Below are positions 40,988-51,361 of a DNA stretch of 64,000 nucleotides, one piece after another. Source of the DNA: an uncultured Gammaproteobacteria bacterium (GTDB taxonomy: Bacteria > Patescibacteriota > Patescibacteriia > 2-01-FULL-39-33); NCBI GenBank assembly GCA_964573235.1, contig CAZNIV010000002.1:6102-70101 (forward strand), given 5' to 3'. A model generated the notes under the pieces. That model was not told where the DNA came from, made no database searches, and saw only the letters and a program-made list of their open reading frames with translations. Positions within the stretch are counted from its first letter, which is position 1. Each line of letters opens with the position of its first letter. The position numbers and the translations under genes were made by a program.

Positions 40988-43531
40988 TTAATCAAATCCA
41001 TACTTTCTAATAAACCACCCCTTAATTAATTGCGTTAACAATAAATAAATTAAAGCAATAATTAATAATAAGCCAAAATAGATTAATGGTAACGGTACAA
41101 AACCCAAGGAAGCACCCAATCTAGTATATGGCAATAGACAACCTAAAACCACAATAAATATGGCGGACCAACCAAGAGCCTTGCTTGGCCAACTCTGAAG
41201 AAATGGAACCTTATTAGTTCGAATAATAAAAATAATTAGCGTTTGAGTAAATAGCGACTCCACAAACCAACCAGTTCTAAACATTTCTGGCGACGCCTGA
41301 AAAACATACCACATCAAACCAAAAGTGGCGAAATCAAAAATAGAAGAAATCGGCCCAAAAATCAAAACGAAGCGCTGAATAAAATTAATTTTCCATGGAC
41401 GCGGTTTAAGCAAGTATTCCTCATCCACATTGTCAGTTGGAATTGCCGCCTGAGAAGCGTCATATAAAAAATTATTCAACAAAATTTGCGCTGGCAACAT
41501 TGGCAAGAAAGGCAAAATCATACTAGCACCGGTCATCGATAACATATTGCCAAAATTAGAACTCGCCCCCATTTTAATATACTTTAAAGTATTAGCAAAA
41601 GTTCGACGACCCTCTTTAACGCAATCCGCTAAAACGTTTAAATCTTTTTCCAATAAAATAATATCCGCTGTTTCTTTCGCAATATCAAAAGCCGTATCTA
41701 CCGATATTCCCACATCCGCCGCCTTAATTGCCGGCGCATCATTAATACCATCTCCCAAATAACCAACAATATGACCATTGCGCTGTAACATGGCAATAAT
41801 TCTTTCTTTTTGTAATGGATTGGTGCGGGCAAAAATATTATTCAACTCTACGGCCTTAGCCAATTCCACATCATTCATTTCTTCAATTTGCATGCCCGTT
41901 AAAACACCAGTACCGTTAACCGCCACATCGTGACAAATTTTTTCGGTTACGAGCGCATTATCACCAGAAATAACTTTTAAAGTAATACCCAGGGCCTCTA
42001 GGTTGTCTACCGCTTGCTGGGCGGTTGGTTTTGGTGGATCTAAGAAGGCTACAAAACCCTTAAATATCAAATCAGACTCATCTTGCTTACTAAAAATTTT
42101 ACTAGCATCATCAATTTCTTTGTAAGCCACGGCTAAAACCCTAAAGCCTTCCTTAGATAAACGATCATAACCATCCTGCAAATCAACTAATTTTTGTTTT
42201 GTGACTTTAATATTTTTACCACCAACTTCAATTAAAGAAATTCTAGAAAAAATACCTTCTGGGGCACCCTTGGTAATTAGGCGTAACTTTTTATTTTCTT
42301 TAATCACTACCGACATCAAACGTCGTTCAAAATCAAAAGGAATTTCGGTTATCTTTTTTACACCATCTTGGCACAATTGTTTATAATTAATAATTGCGTC
42401 ATCCAAAACATTTTTAGCACCTCCTTGTAAGGCACTGGTGATACAAGCTTCGCGCCAAACATCATCACTATCTTTTAAATTAGCATCACAATGTCTTACT
42501 AAAGCAATTTCATCCAAGGTTAAGGTGCCAGTTTTATCAGTACATAAAACATCCATGGCGCCGAAATTTTGAATCGCATCTAATCGTTTAATAATCACTT
42601 TCTTTTTCGACATCGCCATCGCGCCCTTAGATAAAGTGAGCGTTACAATCATTGGCAACATTTCTGGCGTTAAACCCACCGCTACCGCTAAAGAAAAAAG
42701 TAAAGATGCAATAAAATCCCCTTTTAATAATGTATTAATTAAAAAGATAAAAATTACCAAACCGGTAATTAAACGAATCATCAACCAAGTAAATTGCTTA
42801 AGACCCTGATCAAATGGGGTGTCTGGAGCAGACTCGGCTATATCTTTAGCCATACGGCCAAATTCTGTTTTTAAGCCCGTAGCAATGACCAACCCTTTGC
42901 CCATGCCACTAACTACACTTGAACCCATTAAGGCAATAGAAGATAATTCATAAATATTATTAATACCAACTTTACCCTGATCATTTTTTTCTACCGGGAA
43001 AGACTCCCCATTAAGCGTAGCTTGATTAAAGGTTAATCCATTACCACTAATAATTTTTATATCTGCCGGAGTCATACCACCGGGAACCAGCTCTACAATA
43101 TCACCCGGCACAATTTCACGAATTGGCACTTTAATTATTTTACCGTCACGCATTACTTCTATTTGCACGTGCACCATGGCTTTTAGTTTTTTGGCGCTAT
43201 TACTTGCCTTTAATTCTTGAACCGAAGATAAAACCACACTCACGCCCGCCATAGCAATGACAATTATGGCACTAATATTTTGCCCAAAATAAAAAGAAAA
43301 GCCAGCCACCACAAACAACATCACTGAAAGTGGGCTAGTTAATTTAGCAAAAAATTCTCTAACAAACTTCCCTTGTTTTTCATGAACCGTTTCATTGGCA
43401 CCATAAACCAAGCGCCGATTAAGCACCTCGGTTTTTGTTAATCCAGAAATACGCGTTTTAAAACGATCCAGAACCACTTGGGGGCTGGAAATATTTAGAT
43501 CAAATAATTCTTGATATTTTTCATTACTCAT
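40988..43531 (-). CDS. Cation-transporting P-type ATPase (MgtA/Ca-ATPase-like)
   Basis: DKTGTLT phosphorylation site and the GDGINDAPAIKAADVGI hinge. The start is placed at MSNEKYQ (43531) to avoid overlap with the upstream methyltransferase; the track ORF extends to 43561. Confidence 0.85.
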   Translation of the reverse strand: MSNEKYQELFDLNISSPQVVLDRFKTRISGLTKTEVLNRRLVYGANETVHEKQGKFVREFFAKLTSPLSVMLFVVAGFSFYFGQNISAIIVIAMAGVSVVLSSVQELKASNSAKKLKAMVHVQIEVMRDGKIIKVPIREIVPGDIVELVPGGMTPADIKIISGNGLTFNQATLNGESFPVEKNDQGKVGINNIYELSSIALMGSSVVSGMGKGLVIATGLKTEFGRMAKDIAESAPDTPFDQGLKQFTWLMIRLITGLVIFIFLINTLLKGDFIASLLFSLAVAVGLTPEMLPMIVTLTLSKGAMAMSKKKVIIKRLDAIQNFGAMDVLCTDKTGTLTLDEIALVRHCDANLKDSDDVWREACITSALQGGAKNVLDDAIINYKQLCQDGVKKITEIPFDFERRLMSVVIKENKKLRLITKGAPEGIFSRISLIEVGGKNIKVTKQKLVDLQDGYDRLSKEGFRVLAVAYKEIDDASKIFSKQDESDLIFKGFVAFLDPPKPTAQQAVDNLEALGITLKVISGDNALVTEKICHDVAVNGTGVLTGMQIEEMNDVELAKAVELNNIFARTNPLQKERIIAMLQRNGHIVGYLGDGINDAPAIKAADVGISVDTAFDIAKETADIILLEKDLNVLADCVKEGRRTFANTLKYIKMGASSNFGNMLSMTGASMILPFLPMLPAQILLNNFLYDASQAAIPTDNVDEEYLLKPRPWKINFIQRFVLIFGPISSIFDFATFGLMWYVFQASPEMFRTGWFVESLFTQTLIIFIIRTNKVPFLQSWPSKALGWSAIFIVVLGCLLPYTRLGASLGFVPLPLIYFGLLLIIALIYLLLTQLIKGWFIRKYGFD

Positions 43532-43538
43532 AATGATA

Positions 43539-44276
43539 TTATACCATTTTTTTACTCGCAATGACTACTGTATTATAACCAAATATAAAATTTGTGCGCT
43601 TACCTCTCGTATCATAATAAATATCTTCAATAAAAAACCCCGCTTGTTTTAATAACTGACGCAATTCCCTCTTAGTAAAAGAATGCACATAGCGTTTATC
43701 GGTTTTATTAAGTGGCTTCCAAGGAATTAGAGCATCGCGCCAATCGGTTAGCCCATATTCTTTTTTCTCTTTGAAGTTAAGCAAACTAGACCAATAGCGT
43801 TTACGATAAGACCAAGACCACAAATGCCAATTATACATTACAAATTTAGCTCCTGGTTTCAATAATTTAAATACGCTTTGCAAAGCCTTCAAACGCAACT
43901 CTTTAGTTGGCAAATGATGCAAGGCAGCAATCATAATAATCAAATCGAACTGGCCAGTGGTTTTTAAATCCACCATATCATCAACGGCAAATTTGATTTT
44001 TTTGTCGCTCGCATATTTTTGTTGAGCAATTTTAATCAACTCTTCGCTATTATCAACGCCTAGATAATCCACATTCTTAATTTTAAACACTTCTGCCATA
44101 CGACCATTACCACAGCCAACATCTAAAACCTTTCCACCTTCTAGCGCTAAATCAGCCAACTTTTCTAGCCCCGTCCACCATTTATTGCGGGTATTAGAAA
44201 AATCAGGGGCAATCGCATTGTAAATTGCCTTAGTTTGGTGTAATATTTGATTAACCTGTTTGTTTGAAATATTCAT
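43539..44276 (-). CDS. Class I SAM-dependent methyltransferase
   Basis: VLDVGCGNGRM SAM motif I. Confidence 0.7.
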   Translation of the reverse strand: MNISNKQVNQILHQTKAIYNAIAPDFSNTRNKWWTGLEKLADLALEGGKVLDVGCGNGRMAEVFKIKNVDYLGVDNSEELIKIAQQKYASDKKIKFAVDDMVDLKTTGQFDLIIMIAALHHLPTKELRLKALQSVFKLLKPGAKFVMYNWHLWSWSYRKRYWSSLLNFKEKKEYGLTDWRDALIPWKPLNKTDKRYVHSFTKRELRQLLKQAGFFIEDIYYDTRGKRTNFIFGYNTVVIASKKMV

Positions 44277-44279
44277 ATT

Positions 44280-45848
44280 ATGACCGATAAAATTTTAGCT
44301 CAAATTATTATTTCTATCACTACCAACACGCCTAGTAATGACGTGGATCTTTATAATTTGATTCGTAAAACATCTGGCGCTTTAAAAATGGCACCACCGC
44401 AAAAATCAGCGTTATTAAAAGCTTACCATAAATTAGTAAAAAGTAAAAAAATTACTCCTAATGAAATCTTAGAAAGATTATTACGCAAACGCGCCGTGCG
44501 CACCCTAAGCGGAGTGGCTGTTGTTTCCGTTTTAACCAAGCCATACCCTTGCCCCGGAAACTGCTTATACTGCCCGAGCGAAAAAGAAATGCCTAAAAGC
44601 TACCTTTCCAACGAACCGGCGGTAATGCGCGCTATCATGAATCAATTTGATCCATTCAAACAAGTAACGGTACGCCTTAAAGCACTTAAAGAAACTGGCC
44701 ATGATACTTCTAAAATTGAATTAATCGTGATGGGTGGCACGTGGTCATACTTTTCTAAGCAATATCAAAGTTGGTTTATTAAGCGTTGCTTTGAGGCTTT
44801 AAATGGCAAATCATCATCCGGCTTAGCTGTTGCCCAAAAGAAAAATGAAACCGCTAAGCATCGTTGCATCGGTTTAACATTAGAAACGCGTCCTGATTAT
44901 GTTGATGAAAAAGAAATCAAACAAATGCGCAAATTAGGTTGTACTCGCGTCGAGTTGGGCATTCAACATATTGATGATCAAATATTAAAAATGAATCGCC
45001 GTGGTCACAACACCGCTCAAAGCATTAAAGCGATCGAGCTATTGCGTCGTGCCGGTTTTAAATTAAATTTTCATCTCATGCCAGCACTTTACGGCTCTAC
45101 GCCAAAAAAAGATTTGCTCATGTTTGAAATATTATACAATGCACCAGAATGGTTGCCAGATATGATTAAAATTTATCCGTGTGTAGTTACTGATAATTCT
45201 GATTTATATAAATTGTGGAAACAAAAAAAATATCGCCCCTATTCTGATAAAAACTTATTAGAACTTTTGATTGCGATTAAAAAAATTACTCCGCCTTATG
45301 TGCGCATTGCCCGCTTAATTCGTGATATTCCTGAAGAAAGTATTAAGGCCGGCAATAAAATTACCAACTTACGCCAACTCATTCAAAATGACGCTAAAGT
45401 AAATGGCTGGGCGTGCCAATGCATTCGCTGTCGCGAAGCAGGTCATCAACTTTATGACATTGAAACACCAAAATTAAATACCTTAGTTATGCCAGCGTTA
45501 GGTGGCACAGAATATTTTATTTCTTTCGACTCACCAAATAAAAAAGTGCTATACGCTTTTACCCGCTTGCGTATTAATAATTCGGATGTTAAACAATTTA
45601 TTCCCGAGTTGCGAGGCGCTGGCTTAATCAGAGAATTACACACCTACGGTGAAGTAACCGCTATGGGCCAAAAAGGCGATGTACAGCATTCTGGTTTTGG
45701 CCGAAAATTATTAACTGAAGCCGAAACTATTTGTCGCGAACAAGGCTTAAAAAAGATTGCCGTTATCGCGGGCATTGGGGTCAGAACTTACTACCAAAAA
45801 ATGGGTTACTCTCTGCAAGGAACTTACATGGTAAAAAATTTAAAATAA
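44280..45848 (+). CDS. elp3: Elp3-family radical SAM/GNAT tRNA uridine(34) modification protein
   Basis: Cys cluster KPYPCPGNCLYCP, about 520 aa, C-terminal GNAT-like region. Confidence 0.75.
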   Translation: MTDKILAQIIISITTNTPSNDVDLYNLIRKTSGALKMAPPQKSALLKAYHKLVKSKKITPNEILERLLRKRAVRTLSGVAVVSVLTKPYPCPGNCLYCPSEKEMPKSYLSNEPAVMRAIMNQFDPFKQVTVRLKALKETGHDTSKIELIVMGGTWSYFSKQYQSWFIKRCFEALNGKSSSGLAVAQKKNETAKHRCIGLTLETRPDYVDEKEIKQMRKLGCTRVELGIQHIDDQILKMNRRGHNTAQSIKAIELLRRAGFKLNFHLMPALYGSTPKKDLLMFEILYNAPEWLPDMIKIYPCVVTDNSDLYKLWKQKKYRPYSDKNLLELLIAIKKITPPYVRIARLIRDIPEESIKAGNKITNLRQLIQNDAKVNGWACQCIRCREAGHQLYDIETPKLNTLVMPALGGTEYFISFDSPNKKVLYAFTRLRINNSDVKQFIPELRGAGLIRELHTYGEVTAMGQKGDVQHSGFGRKLLTEAETICREQGLKKIAVIAGIGVRTYYQKMGYSLQGTYMVKNLK

Positions 45849-45873
45849 AAAAGCTGAGCACATGGCCCAGCTG
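45841..45873 (-). terminator. Weak hairpin plus T-run downstream of island D gene
   Basis: agctg...cagct stem and the ccagctgg palindrome; TTTTTTATTTTA on the minus strand. Confidence 0.3.
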
Positions 45874-45913
45874 GTTGCTTGTTAATCGTTAGTCTCGTTA
45901 GTCGTGATGGCGA

Positions 45914-46201
45914 TCAGATATGGACCGCTACGGAGCGACCGTGAAGATGCTCCTCGCGCTTCTTGAACTCTTTGGCACACTTGTCATTGCAAACATGGCC
46001 GATATGCACGTCGATTGACCGCACCGGAATGCGGTAATGACCATGCGGATCCTTGTCGCTCAGCGGATTCAAGCACAGCAGACACTGTTCGGGGATCTCG
46101 ACCTGCGGCCGGTGATGCTCAGCCGAAATTTCCGGCGGAATCATCGTCGCAACATCGTCACCTTGAACACCCGCACCGCCCGTCCCTGTTGATCCTCCCA
46201 T
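45914..46201 (-). CDS. Island D: 95-aa Gly-rich N-terminus plus Cys/His-rich putative zinc-ribbon protein, unknown function
   Basis: AGGAGG SD 7 nt before the ATG; CxxC...HxH...HIGHVCNDKC pattern; GC-rich codons. Confidence 0.55.
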   Translation of the reverse strand: MGGSTGTGGAGVQGDDVATMIPPEISAEHHRPQVEIPEQCLLCLNPLSDKDPHGHYRIPVRSIDVHIGHVCNDKCAKEFKKREEHLHGRSVAVHI

Positions 46202-46285
46202 GGCTGTTCCTCCTCTTGCTTGGTTGGTTTAGGCACTACTCACACAAATTTTAAAAATAAAAGAACGATTTTACACGGTCTTCTG

Positions 46286-46314
46286 ATTATAGGATAAAAT
46301 CGCCTTTATGTCAA
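46286..46314 (-). promoter_or_regulatory. Perfect-consensus promoter TTGACA-17-TATAAT for island D, abutting the rsmE stop codon
   Basis: -35 at 46314..46309 sits directly next to the rsmE TAG at 46315-46317. Confidence 0.65.
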
Positions 46315-47025
46315 CTACTTAATCATCACCACGCTAGCAACGGCCAACACAGCCGTTTCAGCCCGTAAAATGCGTCGCCCCAAAGAAACTATTTGCCATT
46401 TAGCCTTCTTAGCTGATTCCGCTTCGTTTTTACTTAATCCACCCTCTGGGCCAATCAAAATTGCTACCGAACCGCTAATATTTTTTAATTCTTTCGCTAA
46501 AGATAAATCCGTCGCCTCCTCCCAAGCAAAAAACTTATTTTTCTCCGCACTATTTTTTAAGACAAAATTTAAATCTACTTCTGGCGCCAATTCCAATAAC
46601 TTATTAGCTCCACATTGTTCCGCCGCTTCCTTAATAATTTCTTGATAACGCTTTAATTTCTGCTCTGAGATACTTCTGACAATACAGCGCTCCGTTATTA
46701 CTGGCACCACTCTTTTCACTCCTAATTCCGCGCATTTTTGCAAAACCAATTCAAACTTATCCGCTTTAAGCAAACCGATATACATCGTTAAATCTACTTC
46801 GGGATCAGGTTTGGCAAATTGCTTATCGATCAATAAAAAAACAGCTTGCTTATCATCCACCTCAACTAATTGCCCAATATATTCAAAGCCATCACCATTG
46901 AATAAACCAAAGCGATCGCCCAACTGAACGCGCAACACCTTTTTTAACTGATGGCAAAACTCCCTATCCACTACATTGATATAATCGGATTTAAACAAAT
47001 CGGCTGATAAATAAAATCTTTGCAT
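46315..47025 (-). CDS. rsmE: 16S rRNA (uracil1498-N3)-methyltransferase RsmE-like
   Basis: PUA-like N-terminus plus SPOUT C-terminal domain (GPEGGLS). Confidence 0.75.
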   Translation of the reverse strand: MQRFYLSADLFKSDYINVVDREFCHQLKKVLRVQLGDRFGLFNGDGFEYIGQLVEVDDKQAVFLLIDKQFAKPDPEVDLTMYIGLLKADKFELVLQKCAELGVKRVVPVITERCIVRSISEQKLKRYQEIIKEAAEQCGANKLLELAPEVDLNFVLKNSAEKNKFFAWEEATDLSLAKELKNISGSVAILIGPEGGLSKNEAESAKKAKWQIVSLGRRILRAETAVLAVASVVMIK

Positions 47026-47087
47026 AATATTGAGAAAAAAAGCATTATTTGCTAATATAGATCTATTACTCCTTTACCCATTATACT

Positions 47088-48338
47088 ATGGAAAACAACA
47101 TCAAGACAATCCTTGGCCTAATTGACCAAGAAACCAAGAGGCAACAAGACGGTTTGGTGATGATTGCTTCGGAAAATTACGCTTCCGAACAAGTGCTTCA
47201 GGCCATGGGCACCCCACTTTCCAATAAGTATAGTGAGGGCTACCCAGGAAAACGCTATTACACCGGTAATCAGTTTGTCGATCAAATTGAATCCATGGCG
47301 CAAAAATTAGCGTTGCAAATGTTTAATATCAGTGAAAATAATTGGCACGCCAATGTTCAGCCTCATTCCGGCTCTTCGGCCAATATTGCCGTTTACATGG
47401 CTACTCTTAAGCCGGGTGATAAAATTTTAGGCTTAGATCTAGGCGCTGGCGGTCATTTAACTCATGGCTCTCCGGTTAACTTCTCTGGAAAATTATTTCA
47501 TTTCATTCATTACACCGTTAATCCTAAAACTCATGTTTTTGATTATGATGAAATTGAAGCCATCGCTAAACGCGAACAACCAAAAATGATTGTTTGTGGT
47601 GCTACCGCTTACACTCAAATCATTGATTTCAAGCGGTTTGCGCAAATCGCTAAAAGTGTTAACGCTTTATTATTAGCTGACATTTCTCATATCGCCGGAT
47701 TAATTATTGGCGATGTCCATCCAACCCCATTTCCTGATGCCGATATTATCACCACCACCACTCACAAGACTCTAGGTGGCCCACGTAGTGCCATTATTAT
47801 TTGTCGCAAATCTTTGGCGCCCGCTATTGATAAAGCGGTTTTCCCGGGTATGCAGGGCGGTCCTCAAGATCATGTCACCGCTGCTAAGGCGATTTGTTTT
47901 GCTGAAGCCATGACCCCAGAATTTAAACAACGCCAAAAACAAACCGTGCTTAATGCGGAAGTGATGGCTAAAACTTTAAAAGATAATGGCATTAAGCTAG
48001 TGGCCGATAGCACCCAAAATCATTTGGTTTTATTAGATTGCCAAAATTTAGGTATTAGTGGTAAAGAAGGCGCGAACATTATGGCCGAAGCGGAAATTTA
48101 TACTAACGCTAACATGATTCCATTTGACCCCGCTACTCCAATGAACCCTTCCGGTATTCGCTTGGGTACTCCGGCTTTAACCGCTCGTGGCATGAAAGAA
48201 GCCGAGATGGTTATTATTGGCAATTGGATCGCGCAAATTTTAAAAGCACCAACCGATAAAGCGCTTCGTGATAAAATTAAAACCGAAGTATTGGCTTTGA
48301 CTAAAAAATTTCCTATTTACCAACATGGCGAAAAGTAA
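47088..48338 (+). CDS. glyA: Serine hydroxymethyltransferase
   Basis: Conserved TTTTHKTL(G)GPR PLP-lysine region. Confidence 0.95.
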   Translation: MENNIKTILGLIDQETKRQQDGLVMIASENYASEQVLQAMGTPLSNKYSEGYPGKRYYTGNQFVDQIESMAQKLALQMFNISENNWHANVQPHSGSSANIAVYMATLKPGDKILGLDLGAGGHLTHGSPVNFSGKLFHFIHYTVNPKTHVFDYDEIEAIAKREQPKMIVCGATAYTQIIDFKRFAQIAKSVNALLLADISHIAGLIIGDVHPTPFPDADIITTTTHKTLGGPRSAIIICRKSLAPAIDKAVFPGMQGGPQDHVTAAKAICFAEAMTPEFKQRQKQTVLNAEVMAKTLKDNGIKLVADSTQNHLVLLDCQNLGISGKEGANIMAEAEIYTNANMIPFDPATPMNPSGIRLGTPALTARGMKEAEMVIIGNWIAQILKAPTDKALRDKIKTEVLALTKKFPIYQHGEK

Positions 48339-49149
48339 AGTCGGCACTTATCTAGACGGAAAGGAATTAGCCGAAAAATTAAAATTAGATTTACGCAAAA
48401 AAATTGTCGCTAGCAATAAAGAATTTGGTTTAGCTGCCATCTTAATTGGTGATGACCCCGCTTCCCATTTGTATGTTAAGCTCAAAGAAAAAGCGTGCCA
48501 AGATTTAGGTATTAATTTTCATCGTTATTTATTTGACCCTAAATTAACTAGCGAAAAAGAAGTTTTAGAAGCGATCGCTTTTTTAAATAAAGACGAAGAT
48601 ACGACTGGTATTTTAGTGCAGTTACCTTTACCGGAAGGCTTTGATGCTAATAAAATTGTTGGTACTATTACTAAAGAAAAAGATGTAGATGGTTTTATTA
48701 CTGACAACAGTAAAATTCAATCCCCAGTCTCCGTAGCGGTTACTGAATTACTAAATGCCGCTGGTGATTTTGCAAAAAACAAATCTAAACTTAACGCCTT
48801 AATTATTGCTAAAGATGGCGTACTGGCTAATGATTTAAAAAAGCAACTTCAGCAATTAAATTTAAAAACTGTTACTCACGAAACTAATATTCCAAAAAAC
48901 AGTACTGATTATGATGTAATTGTAATTGCTTTGGGTAAACCACAAGCATTGAATAAAACTATGATTAAAAAGGATGCGATTATTATCGATATTGGCATCA
49001 ATAAACTTAAAGATAAAACCGTTGGTGATGTAGCTGAAGATGCCATTAAACAAGCCTCTTTTATCTCTCCCGTTCCTGGTGGGGTTGGCCCACTAACCGT
49101 AGCCGGGCTCATGAAAAATCTTTGCATTCTAGCAGAAGTAGAAAAATAG
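48325..49149 (+). CDS. folD: Bifunctional methylenetetrahydrofolate dehydrogenase/cyclohydrolase
   Basis: Typical FolD N-terminus and GGVGP motif. Confidence 0.9.
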   Translation: MAKSKVGTYLDGKELAEKLKLDLRKKIVASNKEFGLAAILIGDDPASHLYVKLKEKACQDLGINFHRYLFDPKLTSEKEVLEAIAFLNKDEDTTGILVQLPLPEGFDANKIVGTITKEKDVDGFITDNSKIQSPVSVAVTELLNAAGDFAKNKSKLNALIIAKDGVLANDLKKQLQQLNLKTVTHETNIPKNSTDYDVIVIALGKPQALNKTMIKKDAIIIDIGINKLKDKTVGDVAEDAIKQASFISPVPGGVGPLTVAGLMKNLCILAEVEK

Positions 49150-49154
49150 AAATT

Positions 49155-49193
49155 AAAAAGCCGCCTCCGTTTCCCGGGGGCGGCGTTGTTTTT
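49155..49193. terminator. Bidirectional GC-rich terminator shared by folD (+) and island E gene 1 (-)
   Basis: gccgcc...ggcggc stem containing cccggg, with an A-run before and a T-run after. Confidence 0.6.
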
Positions 49194-49201
49194 ATCATTG
49201 A

Positions 49202-50155
49202 TCAATTCACACCGACCAAATCCTCTTTGTTTATCACAGCAATTTGCCAATTGTGACAAAACTTAAATTGAATGTCATTAGAGCAACAATTAAACTCCTC
49301 CATAATCAGGCGAATTACCACATTATGCGTTAACCGCATCAACGCATCCAAGCGGTTATTGCGACTGGAAAAAATATCCCAGTCTGTCGTCATCTGTTGA
49401 CGTCGCCAAATCTTCACTCCCTCCGCGCTATCCTCAACATTATCCGGCCAGTAATCCTGACGGACCTGATCGAAAAAATGTGTCAATGAATAGAGTTGCT
49501 TAATCGGCTCAGAAATAACCACTCCCAAAACCGAGTCACGCGAACTGGCCGCCGGAAACCGATCACCCAAAGAGCTTTTGATTTTTGAGCGACCGGTAAT
49601 GATTTCTTCTACACAACGGAAGTAATCATTTAGGAAATGATAGCCCGACCTAAACATCAGTGGCAATTGCTCATCGAAATCAGCGGCCACAATAACATGC
49701 CAGCCGTAGCAGATGTCCCACTCGCTGGCCGGATAAGCCAACAATGGGTGCTGAGAAATAATCGACTCATCAAACATGTCGGCAATGATATTCAAGCACT
49801 CATCTTCCGCCTTCAAAAAACTGAGAAACTCAAGCTTTTTTTCGGGCGGCAGAATAGCTGCGTGAGCGATATCAATCGGGCCACTGGGAACAATTCCCGC
49901 ATTCAAGCCATAATCGGCCACCATACAATCCTTCATGAAAAGCCGTTTTTGCCTTTCATAATATTTCTCCGCCAACTGGTAAAGATACCACCAGCGCTTT
50001 GGCCCATCGCCATTAACCACACCCCAAACTCGGCTATTTTCTTCCACCTCGTCTTCATTCGGCTCAATACCGGAAAACTTTCTGAGCGGAACCTTATCCT
50101 TAAAACCTAAGCGTAAAACTTCGCTCAAACGAAGGGGTTTCATTTTGTAGCTCAT
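49202..50155 (-). CDS. Island E gene 1 (317 aa), unknown function
   Basis: Start MSYKMKPLRL with AAGGAGGA SD 5 nt upstream; the track ORF is over-extended to 50212. GC-rich codons. Confidence 0.6.
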   Translation of the reverse strand: MSYKMKPLRLSEVLRLGFKDKVPLRKFSGIEPNEDEVEENSRVWGVVNGDGPKRWWYLYQLAEKYYERQKRLFMKDCMVADYGLNAGIVPSGPIDIAHAAILPPEKKLEFLSFLKAEDECLNIIADMFDESIISQHPLLAYPASEWDICYGWHVIVAADFDEQLPLMFRSGYHFLNDYFRCVEEIITGRSKIKSSLGDRFPAASSRDSVLGVVISEPIKQLYSLTHFFDQVRQDYWPDNVEDSAEGVKIWRRQQMTTDWDIFSSRNNRLDALMRLTHNVVIRLIMEEFNCCSNDIQFKFCHNWQIAVINKEDLVGVN

Positions 50156-50218
50156 AACTTCCTCCTTGGGTTGTTTGGTTGCTATTTTTACTGACTTTTT
50201 TATAAAGAACACCCCTTT

Positions 50219-50247
50219 CTTTTACTCCAATGGGCTTATTTTGTCAA
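50219..50247 (-). promoter_or_regulatory. Promoter TTGACA-17-TAAAAG for island E gene 1
   Basis: Lies immediately downstream of the E2 terminator T-run. Confidence 0.45.
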
Positions 50248-50249
50248 TT

Positions 50250-50286
50250 AAAAAACCCGCCGCAGTTTTAGACAAACTTTGGCGGG
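50250..50286 (-). terminator. Intrinsic terminator after island E gene 2
   Basis: cccgcc...ggcggg stem then TTTTTT on the minus strand. Confidence 0.65.
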
Positions 50287-50307
50287 TAACACGATAACCC
50301 TGGCGAT

Positions 50308-51273
50308 TTAGTGGGCGAACTTTTTGATGGTAACCACTTGCCACCCTTGACGCAACCCAATAACTCTGGGGCAATTGGCACCGACGGCATCGCGCATCGC
50401 GATTTCGTTCAGGCCATTAACAAGATTGATCATCTCGTTGACTCTGGCAAACTGATCATCCAGAAACCGCGCCCGATCAACCGTTTGCTTGCCCATCCAA
50501 ACATCGAAGGCAAGTTTATTGTTTATGTTGTCGGGAACAATCCCGCTGGCATATTCTCCGATGCGCTCCAGCAACAGACACAGCCGCGGAATAATCGGAT
50601 CATCAACTTCGCAAAGCACCGTTTCTTCGTCGCCAACTGGCGGGAGATTAAAACCATGGGCTTTGGCGACAATCAGGTCGGAGCTATCAGAGAAAATCTC
50701 CGTCAGTCGAGCGAACAAATCGCCGACATACTCGCTCTTGGGAATGGGCTCATAATCCATTTTCCTGGCAACGGCAACACACCAGCCGTTAGTGATTTGC
50801 GGTATGGCTTCCTGGCAAGCCGTGATCGGGAATTCCGAGTGCACCGCCTCCCAAAAAAGAGCGCGCCACAATGAAGCCTGAGACCTGGCATGGATAACCG
50901 CCTCGTAAAGCTGTTTGGCCTTTGGATCGGTTTCAACGACACTCTTAACCTTGCCCGCCCCTTGACTCACCTCTTCCAGGTCAATCGCGAGCATCATCTG
51001 GTCTTGGGAAAATTGACACATCGTGATACCCTGACCAAAACCAGGAGCACCCGACATGTTCCGGCGGAGAAGCTCCACCAGTTCCTTGTGACCGTTATTC
51101 GCTTCGTCGATTTTCTTATCAACCAGCGCCAAAATGGCCTGGCCGATCGGATTTTTCATCGTACCGATCACGACACGACCATCTTCCAGTTCTCCATTCG
51201 GCTCAAAGCCAGAAACCGGTACTTGGCCAGAAAAAATCCGGCACAACAATTCACTCGTTCCGCGACGATTCAT
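50308..51273 (-). CDS. Island E gene 2 (321 aa), unknown function
   Basis: Start MNRRGTSELL with AAGGAGA SD 7 nt upstream; the track start at 51279 is a GTG. GC-rich codons. Confidence 0.6.
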   Translation of the reverse strand: MNRRGTSELLCRIFSGQVPVSGFEPNGELEDGRVVIGTMKNPIGQAILALVDKKIDEANNGHKELVELLRRNMSGAPGFGQGITMCQFSQDQMMLAIDLEEVSQGAGKVKSVVETDPKAKQLYEAVIHARSQASLWRALFWEAVHSEFPITACQEAIPQITNGWCVAVARKMDYEPIPKSEYVGDLFARLTEIFSDSSDLIVAKAHGFNLPPVGDEETVLCEVDDPIIPRLCLLLERIGEYASGIVPDNINNKLAFDVWMGKQTVDRARFLDDQFARVNEMINLVNGLNEIAMRDAVGANCPRVIGLRQGWQVVTIKKFAH

Positions 51274-51332
51274 GGTCACTTCTCCTTATGCTTTCTTGGT
51301 TGACTAACATTTTATACAAAGAACGACTCATA

Positions 51333-51361
51333 TTATTAACATATTAAAGCTAATTTGTCAA
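51333..51361 (-). promoter_or_regulatory. Promoter TTGACA-17-TAATAA for island E gene 2
   Basis: Read directly from the sequence; follows the host exonuclease terminator at 51373-51408. Confidence 0.4.

Noticed and set aside
49202-50212. N-terminal 19 codons of the track ORF for island E gene 1 (MFFIKKSVKIATKQPKEEV)
   Set aside because: That stretch is the 5'UTR containing the AAGGAGGA SD, so the start was moved to ATG 50155 (MSYKM...). Likewise the 53504 start of island F and the 43561 start of the P-type ATPase were trimmed.
49637-51303. Plus-strand ORFs (157, 187, 88, 137 aa) antisense to island E genes
   Set aside because: Typical shadow ORFs of GC-rich coding sequence; no SD or promoter.
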